Shown here: piece by piece, positions 28,187 through 37,793 of the stretch | Numbering within the stretch: the stretch's first letter is position 1 | Layout of the letters: each line of letters opens with the position of its first letter | NCBI GenBank assembly: GCA_030141605.1 | Contig: JAQGDQ010002388.1 | Location: forward strand, 1 to 64,000 | Length of the DNA: 64,000 nucleotides | Source of the DNA: Tubiluchus corallicola | Lineage: Eukaryota; Animalia; Priapulida | Direction of reading: 5' to 3' | Position numbers and translations under genes: made by a program | Notes under the pieces: generated by a model | Databases searched by the model: none | The model's input: only the letters and a program-made list of their open reading frames with translations | What the model was told of the DNA's origin: nothing

Positions 28187-28241
28187 CCTCTTTAGCGGTA
28201 TTTTTATAGCGCCCGCAAGCTGACCTGTCAAATCGGCGCTA
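28187..28241 (-). ncRNA. SAM-II (SAM_alpha) riboswitch aptamer
   Basis: TAGCGCC-GATTTGAC..GCTTGCG-GGCGCTA-TAAAAATACC-GCTAAAGAGG: P1 stem, GAUUU and GCUAAA pseudoknot elements; upstream of metNIQ. Confidence 0.9.
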
Positions 28242-28580
28242 ACCATCATAGCTTTTTAAAATAGTAATATACTTTACCACAATAAAAAAGCAAACACAAT
28301 TATTTTTTACAGTTAATTACATAATTCTATTGGATTTATCTGCAAATAGGCTTTATTTATCGTGTATCTCTGAATGGCTTGTTATTTTCTTTTGGTTTAC
28401 CAAGCATAAAATATTTAATTTATTTATTATAAAAGTATTTTTTACGACTCACCTCCCCTTTTAGAAGGCTCCGCTTCAAGTGGTTTTGTATAAAAATCGC
28501 TTGTTTTAGGAACATGTGATTCTACAGGCTGGAAAACAGCGAACATTTCTATCATTATTATTTTGCTTAGTTTCATATTT

Positions 28581-29666
28581 TTAAAAATGATTCATCGCCT
28601 CAGAAAGAAGCAACATAGCCATGGATTGTCCATATGCCATGGGTCTAAGGGGGATATTTTTATAAAAATCCAATGTTGCCCCCATACGTGTTCCATAAGA
28701 AACATTCTGAACCTGCCCTTGCCTGTCAATCTGTTTTAAGACAGCTGTCAATCCTTTTATTCCGATTTCTTTATACTCTTTTCCGCCATATCCTTTTCGC
28801 GCGGCTTTTAAAAACCCATATGCAAACCCTGCTGTTGCTGATGTTTCTTCATAGGATGTTTCTTCAGTTAGCAATGTTCTCCACATTCCTTCTTTTGTTT
28901 GCAGGTTTTTAAGAGTTTCCATCTGATGGAGAAGAGTCTCTAGAAGGAAGCGTTTTAGCCCATCTTGCAGATTCATCATATCGATATAATCAAGGATTCC
29001 GACAGTGACCCATGCGTTTCCTCGTCCCCAAAGAGCGTCTGCGAAATTATGATTTCCTTGAAAGGTCCATCCGTGGTACCAGAGGCCTGTTTTTTTATCA
29101 ACCAAATATTTTATATGGAGTAAAAACTGGTGAATACTTTCCTGTCTATAGTCATCTTTTTGAAGAACTTCTCCTAATTTTGCAAGAAAAAGAACTGTCA
29201 TAAAAAGGGTATCATCCCATAATTGCTGTTCATTAATTTTATCGCTGACATCGTGTCGCAGGCCTCCTTCGTTTGTTCTTGGGAAATGGTTAATAACTGT
29301 TTCGGCCCAATCTATCAACGCTGGCAAGTAGCGTTCATTTTTTGTTTTCTCGTAAAGAAAGACCAACGCAAGCATCGGAGCTGTCGTATTGATATTCCGT
29401 TGTGTAGGCAGTCCTTTTGTAAGATGGTTATCGTACCATTTTTCAATCACGTGAAGTATTTCTGTACAGTTCAGCACTTCATAATATCGGAAGAATCCGT
29501 ACATACCAACACCTTGAGGCCATTCCCATCCCTCAAAGCTGATATAGTCGCTTTTGCTTCCATCTAGGTTAGGTTCATCAAATTCTCCTTCATCCTGTAG
29601 AAGTTTAAGACCTTCTACCAGATGGCTCATTTTGTCTTTTAGATAATCTGTAGTAATTTTTTCCAT
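28581..29666 (-). CDS. GH105/GH88 unsaturated glycuronyl hydrolase
   Basis: WEWPQGVG, LWDDTLFM, GLWYHG, WGRGNAW, ETSATAG, YGQ. Confidence 0.9.
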   Translation of the reverse strand: MEKITTDYLKDKMSHLVEGLKLLQDEGEFDEPNLDGSKSDYISFEGWEWPQGVGMYGFFRYYEVLNCTEILHVIEKWYDNHLTKGLPTQRNINTTAPMLALVFLYEKTKNERYLPALIDWAETVINHFPRTNEGGLRHDVSDKINEQQLWDDTLFMTVLFLAKLGEVLQKDDYRQESIHQFLLHIKYLVDKKTGLWYHGWTFQGNHNFADALWGRGNAWVTVGILDYIDMMNLQDGLKRFLLETLLHQMETLKNLQTKEGMWRTLLTEETSYEETSATAGFAYGFLKAARKGYGGKEYKEIGIKGLTAVLKQIDRQGQVQNVSYGTRMGATLDFYKNIPLRPMAYGQSMAMLLLSEAMNHF

Positions 29667-29698
29667 TTCTCATAACCTTAAGTATATTTTTATTGATT

Positions 29699-32164
29699 TT
29701 AATTTCTATTGATTTTTTGTATATCCGCTATTTTTATATCTGGCTTCAAAGAAAAGGCTTCTTTTTGATAGATATTTCTTTCCTGTGATGAAAGTTCTCC
29801 CCACTGAGGATCAACAGTAGAGAGCATAGCATTCTGAGATTCAAAATGTATGGGCATAGTTGTAAACAGGCGGCAAAAATTTTCAAAATTTTCAAATTCA
29901 TCAACGCTTCCTGTTTTAATCAGCCAGGCATTTTTTCTTCCTTTAGAAATCAGCTCTCTTCCTCTATTGAGTCCTGTTTCCGAAAGAGACAGCCCTTCCT
30001 GAGCGAAAATACCAATATAGGCGTTTTGAAACGAGGCGCATATGCGTTGATTTTTTTTCAATATTGCCTCAAAGCTTTCTATGGGGAAATAAAAATGCGT
30101 ATAGTTGACCGTTTCTGACTGTGGGATATCATAGAGAGCCATAGCGATATTTTTATATTGAAAGACAGAGGGCAGGCTTCCATTTCCGGCCCAAAATCCT
30201 GGGCGCCCAAAACCGATTGGTATTGATTCTCCAGGGTGATTCAGCCACAGATGCAAGGTATTTTTTTCTCCTAATACGGTATAAAGGATAGTTTCCTGAT
30301 ATCCATGCCCATAAGGGTTATACTCTTGCGCTGACTCCATCAGGTAATAGTGTGTTTTATAAAGAGACAGAGAAACAAAGTTATTTTCGCCCTGGCTTTG
30401 TGTAACGATAAGGGCATCTTCTTTTTTAGGTGTTAGATAAACGTCAAGTGTTTTATCAGGCGTATAGTTTGATAGGGATAGCAGCGGAAGTGCCCAGCAA
30501 GCTTCATTAAGGTTTCCTGTTTTATAAAAAACCCAGAAAAATGCTGACATTTCATTAGAGCGCACGCCTTTAAGGTTTTTCTCATAGCTTCGCCCTTGAG
30601 AGGCTCCCATATAGCCGTGATGATGATGGAGCGCCATTTTCTCAAACAGAATATTCAGTGCTTTTTTAGCGTGTTTTTTCAATGTTTCGTGAGAGGAAAA
30701 CTCGATAATTGTTAAAAACCCCATCATATCGATTGGAAAGTAAGGAATGGAATTCCACTCAGAAAGCTCGCATTGAAAGAAATGCTCAAACCATGCTGTC
30801 ATTTTATCGTAAGCAACTTTGGAAGCTTCTTTTCCTGTCATGCCGCTGTTTGTAAAAATGTCATCGGGAAGAAACTCTCCTGCTATCATCTGGCAGCAAT
30901 GAAAAAGAAGCGCGTGATTTTCGCTGAAGTACCACATGACATCATTTCCGGGCTCATCCATCCAGTATCGAAAATTCAAAAGTGTTTCTTTAAGCTCCTG
31001 TCGTTCGTCAGTGATATTTTCGGGATAATATTTCCATATCCATAGAAGGGGAATAATGGAAAAATCAGCGCAATCTCCACGCTTATTAATAAAGGCCATT
31101 GCTTTTTCAATAAGCTGCGTAGCTTGTGGAAACAGCGTTTTTTCCTGAGCGGCAAAAATTGCTAAGGCTCTGGCGGTATTTTCAATTCCGTAATGCGCGG
31201 AAAATGTAAGAGCTTGTTGTTTTCTTTCCAGTACGGTTTCCAAGGGGATTGGCTGCCTCTTTATATCCATAAATTCTGCTGGCAGTGTTCTATTGATTGT
31301 AATCGTACCTATTTGAAAGGCGCAGTTTATATAGCAAAATCCTACTGGAAGCTCTGTGACCTCAGGCAGAGAAAGGGATGTTATTTCGGGAGAAAGATCA
31401 AATTCATAGCGCTTAGGCTTACATGATTCGATAAAATTGCCCTCTACAGTTATGGAAACCTGTACGGGATATTGTAATTTTCCACTAAAATAAAGATGGG
31501 GACTTCCGTGTGAGAAGCGGTCTGTTTTAAAGTGAATGCCTTGAACCCATGTTTCTATCTCTTGAACATGGTTTGGATTTTCCGAAATAGGCAAAAAGCA
31601 TGAGAGAGTCTTTTGGCTTTCAAGTGTCAGAAGGAAATAATATCGTGCGTCTCGCTCGCATAGATCGTCAAAAAGGATAATAAGCTCATTGTCTCCTTTT
31701 TCCAGAGAAAGAGTTAACGGCCATTGTTTTTCAACATTTCTTTGATAGGAGCAATATTCACCAACAGCTTTTCCATTCAGCCACAGAAAAGCGCCTCCGC
31801 ATGTTGCTAGTATAAAGTCGACATCTTGTTCTGTTTCTGAATGGATGAATGTTCTGGCTGTTGTTGTTACATAGGTAGGAAAGAACCAGAATCCTGATCG
31901 CTCTATTTTTTCATTTTCGAAAGGAAAATAGATTTCACTGTAATGAGGGCTATCTTCTTTTTGCACAGTTCGTGTCTTTACCTGTTGCAGAAACTCTACT
32001 CTACAAGGATATTGCTGAGAGATAATACCATTTTTAAAAAAGTTTGCGCACATCTCTTCTTTCATAGGCTTAGGAGCGGCACGGAACTCTTTTTCTTCAA
32101 GATCGGTTAACTGCCAATGAGTCAAGGATTCTCCTTGTCGAAAAGACTTGACGAATTTTCCCAT
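29699..32164 (-). CDS. 821-aa cytoplasmic protein of unknown function, heparinase II/III-like lyase candidate
   Basis: Long ORF with RBS between SBP and GH105; SENH and EWNSIPY motifs; no signal peptide. Function is inferred. Confidence 0.6.
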   Translation of the reverse strand: MGKFVKSFRQGESLTHWQLTDLEEKEFRAAPKPMKEEMCANFFKNGIISQQYPCRVEFLQQVKTRTVQKEDSPHYSEIYFPFENEKIERSGFWFFPTYVTTTARTFIHSETEQDVDFILATCGGAFLWLNGKAVGEYCSYQRNVEKQWPLTLSLEKGDNELIILFDDLCERDARYYFLLTLESQKTLSCFLPISENPNHVQEIETWVQGIHFKTDRFSHGSPHLYFSGKLQYPVQVSITVEGNFIESCKPKRYEFDLSPEITSLSLPEVTELPVGFCYINCAFQIGTITINRTLPAEFMDIKRQPIPLETVLERKQQALTFSAHYGIENTARALAIFAAQEKTLFPQATQLIEKAMAFINKRGDCADFSIIPLLWIWKYYPENITDERQELKETLLNFRYWMDEPGNDVMWYFSENHALLFHCCQMIAGEFLPDDIFTNSGMTGKEASKVAYDKMTAWFEHFFQCELSEWNSIPYFPIDMMGFLTIIEFSSHETLKKHAKKALNILFEKMALHHHHGYMGASQGRSYEKNLKGVRSNEMSAFFWVFYKTGNLNEACWALPLLSLSNYTPDKTLDVYLTPKKEDALIVTQSQGENNFVSLSLYKTHYYLMESAQEYNPYGHGYQETILYTVLGEKNTLHLWLNHPGESIPIGFGRPGFWAGNGSLPSVFQYKNIAMALYDIPQSETVNYTHFYFPIESFEAILKKNQRICASFQNAYIGIFAQEGLSLSETGLNRGRELISKGRKNAWLIKTGSVDEFENFENFCRLFTTMPIHFESQNAMLSTVDPQWGELSSQERNIYQKEAFSLKPDIKIADIQKINRN

Positions 32165-32183
32165 TTTCCTTTTCCTTTTTATT

Positions 32184-33404
32184 CTATCGATAGGCTTTTT
32201 TAATTTCTCTTTCTATACGTTTTTCAAGTCGCTGCAACGCTTGCTTGGGCGTATATTTTTTCTGCAGTGCTTCTACGATAGAAAGTTTTAACATATTGGA
32301 TGCTTTAGGCATGACCTTATAATCCGACCAATCGTTTCCGGCGTATTCTGAAGAGACAGAGAGTTCGTTTGCAAAGATGTCAAACATTTCCTTTCCGATG
32401 CTGTAAGGTAAATCTTCATTATCTTTTCTAGGGCTGATAAAGAGGGATTCTAAACAATATTCCGCATTGACTTCCTGTGAGGCGAAATAAGCGAGAAACT
32501 CTTTTGCTTCCTGTTCATATCCACTGTTTTTCAGGGCCATGATATACTTCCCTCCTGGAACGGAAGAGCGGCGCTCTCCTTTTGGAAGGTAGGTCACTCC
32601 CCATTGAAAATTTTCAATTTCCTTATAGTTATTCAACATCCAATTTCCTGAAAGATGTGTTGCGACGGTTCCTGTCCTGAACAGAGCGTTTGGGTTTTCG
32701 CTGCCAAGCCATACTGAGGGAGGGATAATGCCTTCGTCATGAAGATGTACAAATTTTTCTAAAGCTTTTATAGATTGCGGTGTATTAACGAGTGTTTTTT
32801 TTCTGTCATCACTAAAAATTCGACCGTTATACTCGTATAATATTGTTGAGAATCGATGGGGTGTAAAGTCCCATACCATTCCGTATCGCGCGTCAGAATT
32901 TTCGACAACTTTTTTGATAGTTTCCTCAAATTCTTCCCAGCTCCAGACCTCATCTTCAGAGAGGGGCGGAACGATTCCTGCCTGATCAAAAAGCGTTTTA
33001 TTATAGATTAATCCGTTCGCTGTTACATCTGAGGGAATACCATAAACTGTTTCATCTATGATATAGTATGATCTCAAGGAATCGAAAAATTCTTCAGGGT
33101 CAATATAATCGTTAAGAGGCAGAGCAAAATTTGCATATTGAACCGGATGAGGAATTCGAGAGATTGCAGGTGGTTTTTTACCGGCGATCATTGTTTTTAA
33201 CTTTGTATCGATATCGCTATAGGCGACTTCTATGATATTAAAGTTAATATTTCCTTTTTCCTTTGCGTAGTGTTCTGCGATTTTTCTAAGGGCTTCTCCT
33301 TCCACGCCATCGCTCCACCAGAGAATATCGAGTGTTTTTGCGAATGCTGTATTTCCCAGAAGACATGCCGTTGCTACAGCGGCAATCCATTTCATTTTTT
33401 TCAT
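32184..33404 (-). CDS. Carbohydrate ABC transporter substrate-binding protein
   Basis: Signal peptide, LIYNKTLF, WSWEEF; AAGGAG RBS. Confidence 0.9.
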   Translation of the reverse strand: MKKMKWIAAVATACLLGNTAFAKTLDILWWSDGVEGEALRKIAEHYAKEKGNINFNIIEVAYSDIDTKLKTMIAGKKPPAISRIPHPVQYANFALPLNDYIDPEEFFDSLRSYYIIDETVYGIPSDVTANGLIYNKTLFDQAGIVPPLSEDEVWSWEEFEETIKKVVENSDARYGMVWDFTPHRFSTILYEYNGRIFSDDRKKTLVNTPQSIKALEKFVHLHDEGIIPPSVWLGSENPNALFRTGTVATHLSGNWMLNNYKEIENFQWGVTYLPKGERRSSVPGGKYIMALKNSGYEQEAKEFLAYFASQEVNAEYCLESLFISPRKDNEDLPYSIGKEMFDIFANELSVSSEYAGNDWSDYKVMPKASNMLKLSIVEALQKKYTPKQALQRLEKRIEREIKKAYR

Positions 33405-33431
33405 ATTTATCTCCTTGTTTTTTATGTATTT

Positions 33432-34259
33432 CTAGTCTTTCATCCCAGAGGTTGCCATTCCTTTTACAAAATATTTTTGGAAGATGATAAAGACAAATAA
33501 CACAGGGATCATTGTTAATACGGACATAGCGAGTAAGCTATGCCAGTCGACCGAGAATTCTCCCATGAAATTTGCGATAGCCAATTGCGCTGTATATTTT
33601 TGCGGATCGCTAATGACAATAAGAGGCCAGAGAAAGTCGTTCCATCGCCACATAAAGGAAAATACAGCAAGCACAGCGATAACGGGCATTGCGATAGGAA
33701 CGATGATTTTCCAGAATATTCTCCATTCCGAGGCGCCGTCAATTCGTGCTGCTTCCAACAGTGAGTCGGGCACAGAAAGAAGATATTGGCGCATGATGAA
33801 GACCCCTGTTGGTGTTGCGGAAGCAGGTATAATCAGCCCCCATAGGCTATTATAGAGCCCCAGTTGAGAAACGACGATAAAAATAGGGATCATAATCACT
33901 TCAAGGGGCACCATAAGTGTTCCAAGAAAAGCCATGAAGATAGCTGTTTTTCCTTTAAATTTATATTTTGCCAGCGCATATCCTGCCATTGTATTAATAA
34001 TGAGTGTCAGCAGTGTTGCGGTTATGGTTACAAAAGCGCTATTCCAGAAAAAGAGAAGAAAGTTTCCTTTTTTAAGGGCGATTGTATAATTTTCCAATGT
34101 TACGGTTTGCGGAAGGAGTGTTGGAGGCCATTGAAAGAGCTCATCTTTAACCTTAAAGGAGCTCAGGACAATCCATGCGATAGGCAAGATATAAATGAGG
34201 GAAAGAATTCCTAAAATAATGTAATCTTTCAGGTGAGGCTTTTCGATATATTTTGCCAT
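33432..34259 (-). CDS. Carbohydrate ABC permease (MalG-type)
   Basis: EAARIDGA loop, WNDFLWP. ATG at 34259 after GAGGAGG; track gives 34277. Confidence 0.92.
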   Translation of the reverse strand: MAKYIEKPHLKDYIILGILSLIYILPIAWIVLSSFKVKDELFQWPPTLLPQTVTLENYTIALKKGNFLLFFWNSAFVTITATLLTLIINTMAGYALAKYKFKGKTAIFMAFLGTLMVPLEVIMIPIFIVVSQLGLYNSLWGLIIPASATPTGVFIMRQYLLSVPDSLLEAARIDGASEWRIFWKIIVPIAMPVIAVLAVFSFMWRWNDFLWPLIVISDPQKYTAQLAIANFMGEFSVDWHSLLAMSVLTMIPVLFVFIIFQKYFVKGMATSGMKD

Positions 34260-34260
34260 T

Positions 34261-35208
34261 TTATTCTTCCTCCTCACTTTTGGTGATTTTCATCTGCAGG
34301 AATGTTAGCGATGCTAAGATAATAAAGAGCGCAACGGACATGGCGCTTGCGTAACCAAGCTCATTATTGACGAATGCGCCTTCATAGATATGTTGCACAA
34401 GATAGGTTGTCGAGCTCCCCGGCCCTCCTTTTGTCAGGGTATAAATCAGGGGGTATGCTTTAAAGGATTCGATTGTCGCGAGGATCAGCACTAAAATACT
34501 GGTTGGTTTCAGCAGTGGGAATGTAATACGCCAAAAAACGGTTGATTTTTCAGCACCGTCGACCATGGAGGCTTCATAATATTGCTCGGGAATGCTTTGA
34601 AGTCCTCCGATAAAGATCACCATGAAGAATCCTATTCTGCACCATAGTGTTACGATAATGACAGAGAAATTCGCCAGATAATCCTGTGTCAGCCATTGTA
34701 CGGGAGATAGATTCCAAATCTGGAGAATATAGTTTGCGATACCGAAATTATCCCCCAATATCCACCGCCAGGAAACGCCGATCACCACATAGGAGATCAT
34801 AGCGGGCCAATATATAATGGCGCGAAAAGCGCCCTTAAATTTAATTTCCTTTACTAAAATCAAGGCGGCTCCTAAGGCGCATACAAAAAGAAGAGGAACT
34901 GTTACGGTTACATAAATGAGGGTTCGTATAAGGGCGCTGAAGAAATATTCATCCTCAAAGAGCATCGAGTAATTTTCTACGCCAATAAAAGTCATGGGAT
35001 TAAGGCCATCATAGTCCATGAAGGAAAAAGCCAGGCCGTAAAAACATGGAATAACAATAAAGATAAAAAAGATCAGTAAGTTAGGTGTCAAAAATAAATA
35101 AGGAACAAGAAATTGGCGAAACTTGTACCAGAACAGCTTTCTTTCACTGATTGTTTCCCGAGGTTTTTGTGTGTTCAAAGAAATGTTTTGGTATGAAGCA
35201 TCTGGCAT
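34261..35208 (-). CDS. Carbohydrate ABC permease (MalF-type)
   Basis: YEASMVDGA, GGPG, GYASA. ATG at 35208 after AAGGA; track gives 35250. Confidence 0.9.
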   Translation of the reverse strand: MPDASYQNISLNTQKPRETISERKLFWYKFRQFLVPYLFLTPNLLIFFIFIVIPCFYGLAFSFMDYDGLNPMTFIGVENYSMLFEDEYFFSALIRTLIYVTVTVPLLFVCALGAALILVKEIKFKGAFRAIIYWPAMISYVVIGVSWRWILGDNFGIANYILQIWNLSPVQWLTQDYLANFSVIIVTLWCRIGFFMVIFIGGLQSIPEQYYEASMVDGAEKSTVFWRITFPLLKPTSILVLILATIESFKAYPLIYTLTKGGPGSSTTYLVQHIYEGAFVNNELGYASAMSVALFIILASLTFLQMKITKSEEEE

Positions 35209-35322
35209 AGTGCTTTCCTTTTTACTGTTTAAGGGCAACCCTGTTTTCAAATATTATAAGTAGCGGACATTATTTTTTTCACCGCTTTTCCACTTTTATC
35301 ATGAACATTTTTTTCTGATGGG

Positions 35323-36435
35323 TTACAAGGTGATATTTTTTTCTGTATCTTTATCAAAGAAATGTAAGGAATCAGCATCAAACGAAAAGCAGCAGATGTC
35401 TCCTAATTGAATATGGCGTGCGTTTGGCGAGGGAAGCTTTGCCATATATTGCTTTTGGTCGATCTGATAATAAAGGACAGAGATATCTCCCATTTGCTCA
35501 ACCAGCATGATTTTTCCGTTCAGGCCGTTATCTTTTGTAATGGTGATATGTTCTGGGCGAACGCCGAGCCAGATTGCTTTTTCGTTATAGGGTTCTAATA
35601 TTGTTTTATATTTCTCCGCTACTTGAAAAGAGAAGCGATAATCAGAAAGCGTTACTGTTATCTTTCCTTGTGTATTTGTGATTTTTGCTTCAAAGACATT
35701 CATGGCAGGCGATCCTATAAATTTAGCGACAAACAGATTTCTGGGTTTTTCATAGAGCGTCAAGGGAGGATCCACCTGTTGAATTTCCCCATCTTTGAGC
35801 ACACAGATCCGCTCTCCCATTGTCATAGCTTCGACTTGGTCATGGGTTACATAGAGGGTTGTTGATGGCACATTTTCTTCTCGTAATCGCTTGTGGATCT
35901 GAGAGATTCGCACTCTCATAGAGACACGTAATTTTGCATCGAGGTTTGAAAGAGGCTCATCGAACAGAAAAACGTCTGGACGTCGCACAAGGGCGCGCCC
36001 GACAGCGACTCTTTGCCTTTGTCCTCCTGACATTTGGCGTGGTTTCCGATCGAGTATCTCTTCAATTTCAAGCTTTCGCGCGACATCACGCACCTGTTTT
36101 TCAATTTCCGCTTTAGGAAGTTTTTGTATCTCAAGACCGAAGGATATATTTTGAAAAACGGTCATATGGGGATATAGGGCGTAATTTTGAAATACCATAG
36201 CGATCTTGCGATCTTTTGGCGGAAGGTGGTTAACGATTCTTTCTCCGATATGAATATCACCTCCGCTGATATCTTCCAATCCTGCCACCATACGAAGTAA
36301 TGTTGACTTTCCGCACCCTGACGGTCCAACAAGAACCATAAATTCGCCTTCATGAATATGGAGATTGAGATTATCTATTGCAAGAAACCCATTATCGTAC
36401 CGTTTCTGAACATCTCTCATAAAGAGTTCTGCCAT
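35323..36435 (-). CDS. Sugar ABC ATPase (MalK/UgpC-type)
   Basis: [37 protein letters not shown] at 36435 after GGGAGG; track gives 36471. Confidence 0.95.
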   Translation of the reverse strand: MAELFMRDVQKRYDNGFLAIDNLNLHIHEGEFMVLVGPSGCGKSTLLRMVAGLEDISGGDIHIGERIVNHLPPKDRKIAMVFQNYALYPHMTVFQNISFGLEIQKLPKAEIEKQVRDVARKLEIEEILDRKPRQMSGGQRQRVAVGRALVRRPDVFLFDEPLSNLDAKLRVSMRVRISQIHKRLREENVPSTTLYVTHDQVEAMTMGERICVLKDGEIQQVDPPLTLYEKPRNLFVAKFIGSPAMNVFEAKITNTQGKITVTLSDYRFSFQVAEKYKTILEPYNEKAIWLGVRPEHITITKDNGLNGKIMLVEQMGDISVLYYQIDQKQYMAKLPSPNARHIQLGDICCFSFDADSLHFFDKDTEKNITL

Positions 36436-36494
36436 ATTGCCTCCCACATAGTGTTGTTTATTGTTAGCCACTCAATTTTATTTTTGAAAAGTCC

Positions 36495-36510
36495 GTGAAA
36501 AAAATTTCAC
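36495..36510. promoter_or_regulatory. Putative LacI-family operator 1
   Basis: GTGAAA-AAAA-TTTCAC palindrome in the divergent ATPase/LacI spacer. Confidence 0.6.
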
Positions 36511-36572
36511 AAATTGATTCCTTATTTTCTAAAAGACTACTATATAAAAGTTTTTTTATCAATAAAAAAATA

Positions 36573-36588
36573 GTGCAAAAATTTGCAT
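36573..36588. promoter_or_regulatory. Putative LacI-family operator 2
   Basis: GTGCAAAAATTTGCAT, same TG-N10-CA geometry as operator 1. Confidence 0.6.
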
Positions 36589-36652
36589 TATTCTCTCATA
36601 TCATTTATAGTTGAAAAATTACATTATATTAACAACGAAGAATTTATTGAGA

Positions 36653-37678
36653 ATGACCCCTATTAAAAAACCACGTCTTGCTGATATTGCGGCTCTTGCT
36701 GGTGTTTCTGTCAGCACAGTTTCAAGGGTTTTAAATGGCGCGACTAATATCAGTCCTTCTGTTCGTGAAAAAATTATTAAGCTTGTGCACGAGCATAAGT
36801 CGACATTTTCTGATTATCGCCTTCCTTTATTCAATCATGTCACACTTGTTTCTTTGCGGGAATATGTTTTAGGAATTAATCAAGAATCTTTATATTTTTC
36901 AATCCTAGAAGCTATAAGAGAGCAATGCCAGCACTATAATGTCACTTTAGGAAGTTTTCTTTTTACACCAAATGTTTCCGAGGACTACGAATGTTTTAAG
37001 GATTATATTTCTAATCATGAACACCAAGCGTTTATTCTTTTGGGAGTTGATGATTCTTTTATTCTTGATAGGCTTCGTGAAAGTACCAAGCCCTCTATTT
37101 TAGTCAATAGTGAGGATTTCTGTATGTCTTTGGACAGCATTTCCCCTTCCAATCAGGGGGCTGGTTATTTAGCGACGCACTATTTACTGGAAAGAGGGCA
37201 CCGGCAGATTTTGCACCTCTCCTGTATTAAGCGCTCTACACTTATGCACAGACGAGATGGTTTCCGCAACGCGCTTCTTTCTTTTGATCTCCCCTTTCAT
37301 CAGAGTGATATTATTCCTCTTTCTCACCATACATTTGATGAAGGAAAGAAGGCTGTTGAGTCTCTTTTTCTTTCAGGAAGATTAAAAGAGATAACAGCTC
37401 TTATGTGTGGAAACGACCACATTGCTTTAGGGGCTATGGAGACCTTAAAAGCAAAAGGAATTTCTGTTCCTGATGATATTTCCCTTATTGGTTTTGATAA
37501 TATTCCGATGAGTGCTGCGATTTCACCTGGATTGACAACGGTTGATATCCCATGCAAGGATATTGGTATACAATCTGTGGAATATTTGATCCGCCGCTCT
37601 TACACGCCAAAGCGTCCTGCTTTGCGTATAGAGCTTGGCGCCCGGCTTATTGAGCGGCAAAGTGTTAGTACCCGTTAA
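36653..37678 (+). CDS. LacI-family transcriptional regulator
   Basis: RLADIAALAGVSVSTVSRVLN HTH, VPDDISLIGFDN, PGLTTV. ATG at 36653; track gives TTG 36611. Confidence 0.93.
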   Translation: MTPIKKPRLADIAALAGVSVSTVSRVLNGATNISPSVREKIIKLVHEHKSTFSDYRLPLFNHVTLVSLREYVLGINQESLYFSILEAIREQCQHYNVTLGSFLFTPNVSEDYECFKDYISNHEHQAFILLGVDDSFILDRLRESTKPSILVNSEDFCMSLDSISPSNQGAGYLATHYLLERGHRQILHLSCIKRSTLMHRRDGFRNALLSFDLPFHQSDIIPLSHHTFDEGKKAVESLFLSGRLKEITALMCGNDHIALGAMETLKAKGISVPDDISLIGFDNIPMSAAISPGLTTVDIPCKDIGIQSVEYLIRRSYTPKRPALRIELGARLIERQSVSTR

Positions 37679-37754
37679 GCAATAGCTTTCGCCTTTTTTA
37701 ACTTTTGTATGATCCCCTTCCCTTTTGGTTTGCGTGGCGAATATGGCTTGGCTG

Positions 37755-37782
37755 CGTTTGGCGAAACTAAACGATCTTTTTT
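37755..37782 (+). terminator. Possible terminator hairpin downstream of the LacI gene
   Basis: CGTTTGG-CGAAA-CTAAACG followed by ATCTTTTTT. Confidence 0.45.
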
Positions 37783-37793
37783 ATAGAAAGTGG

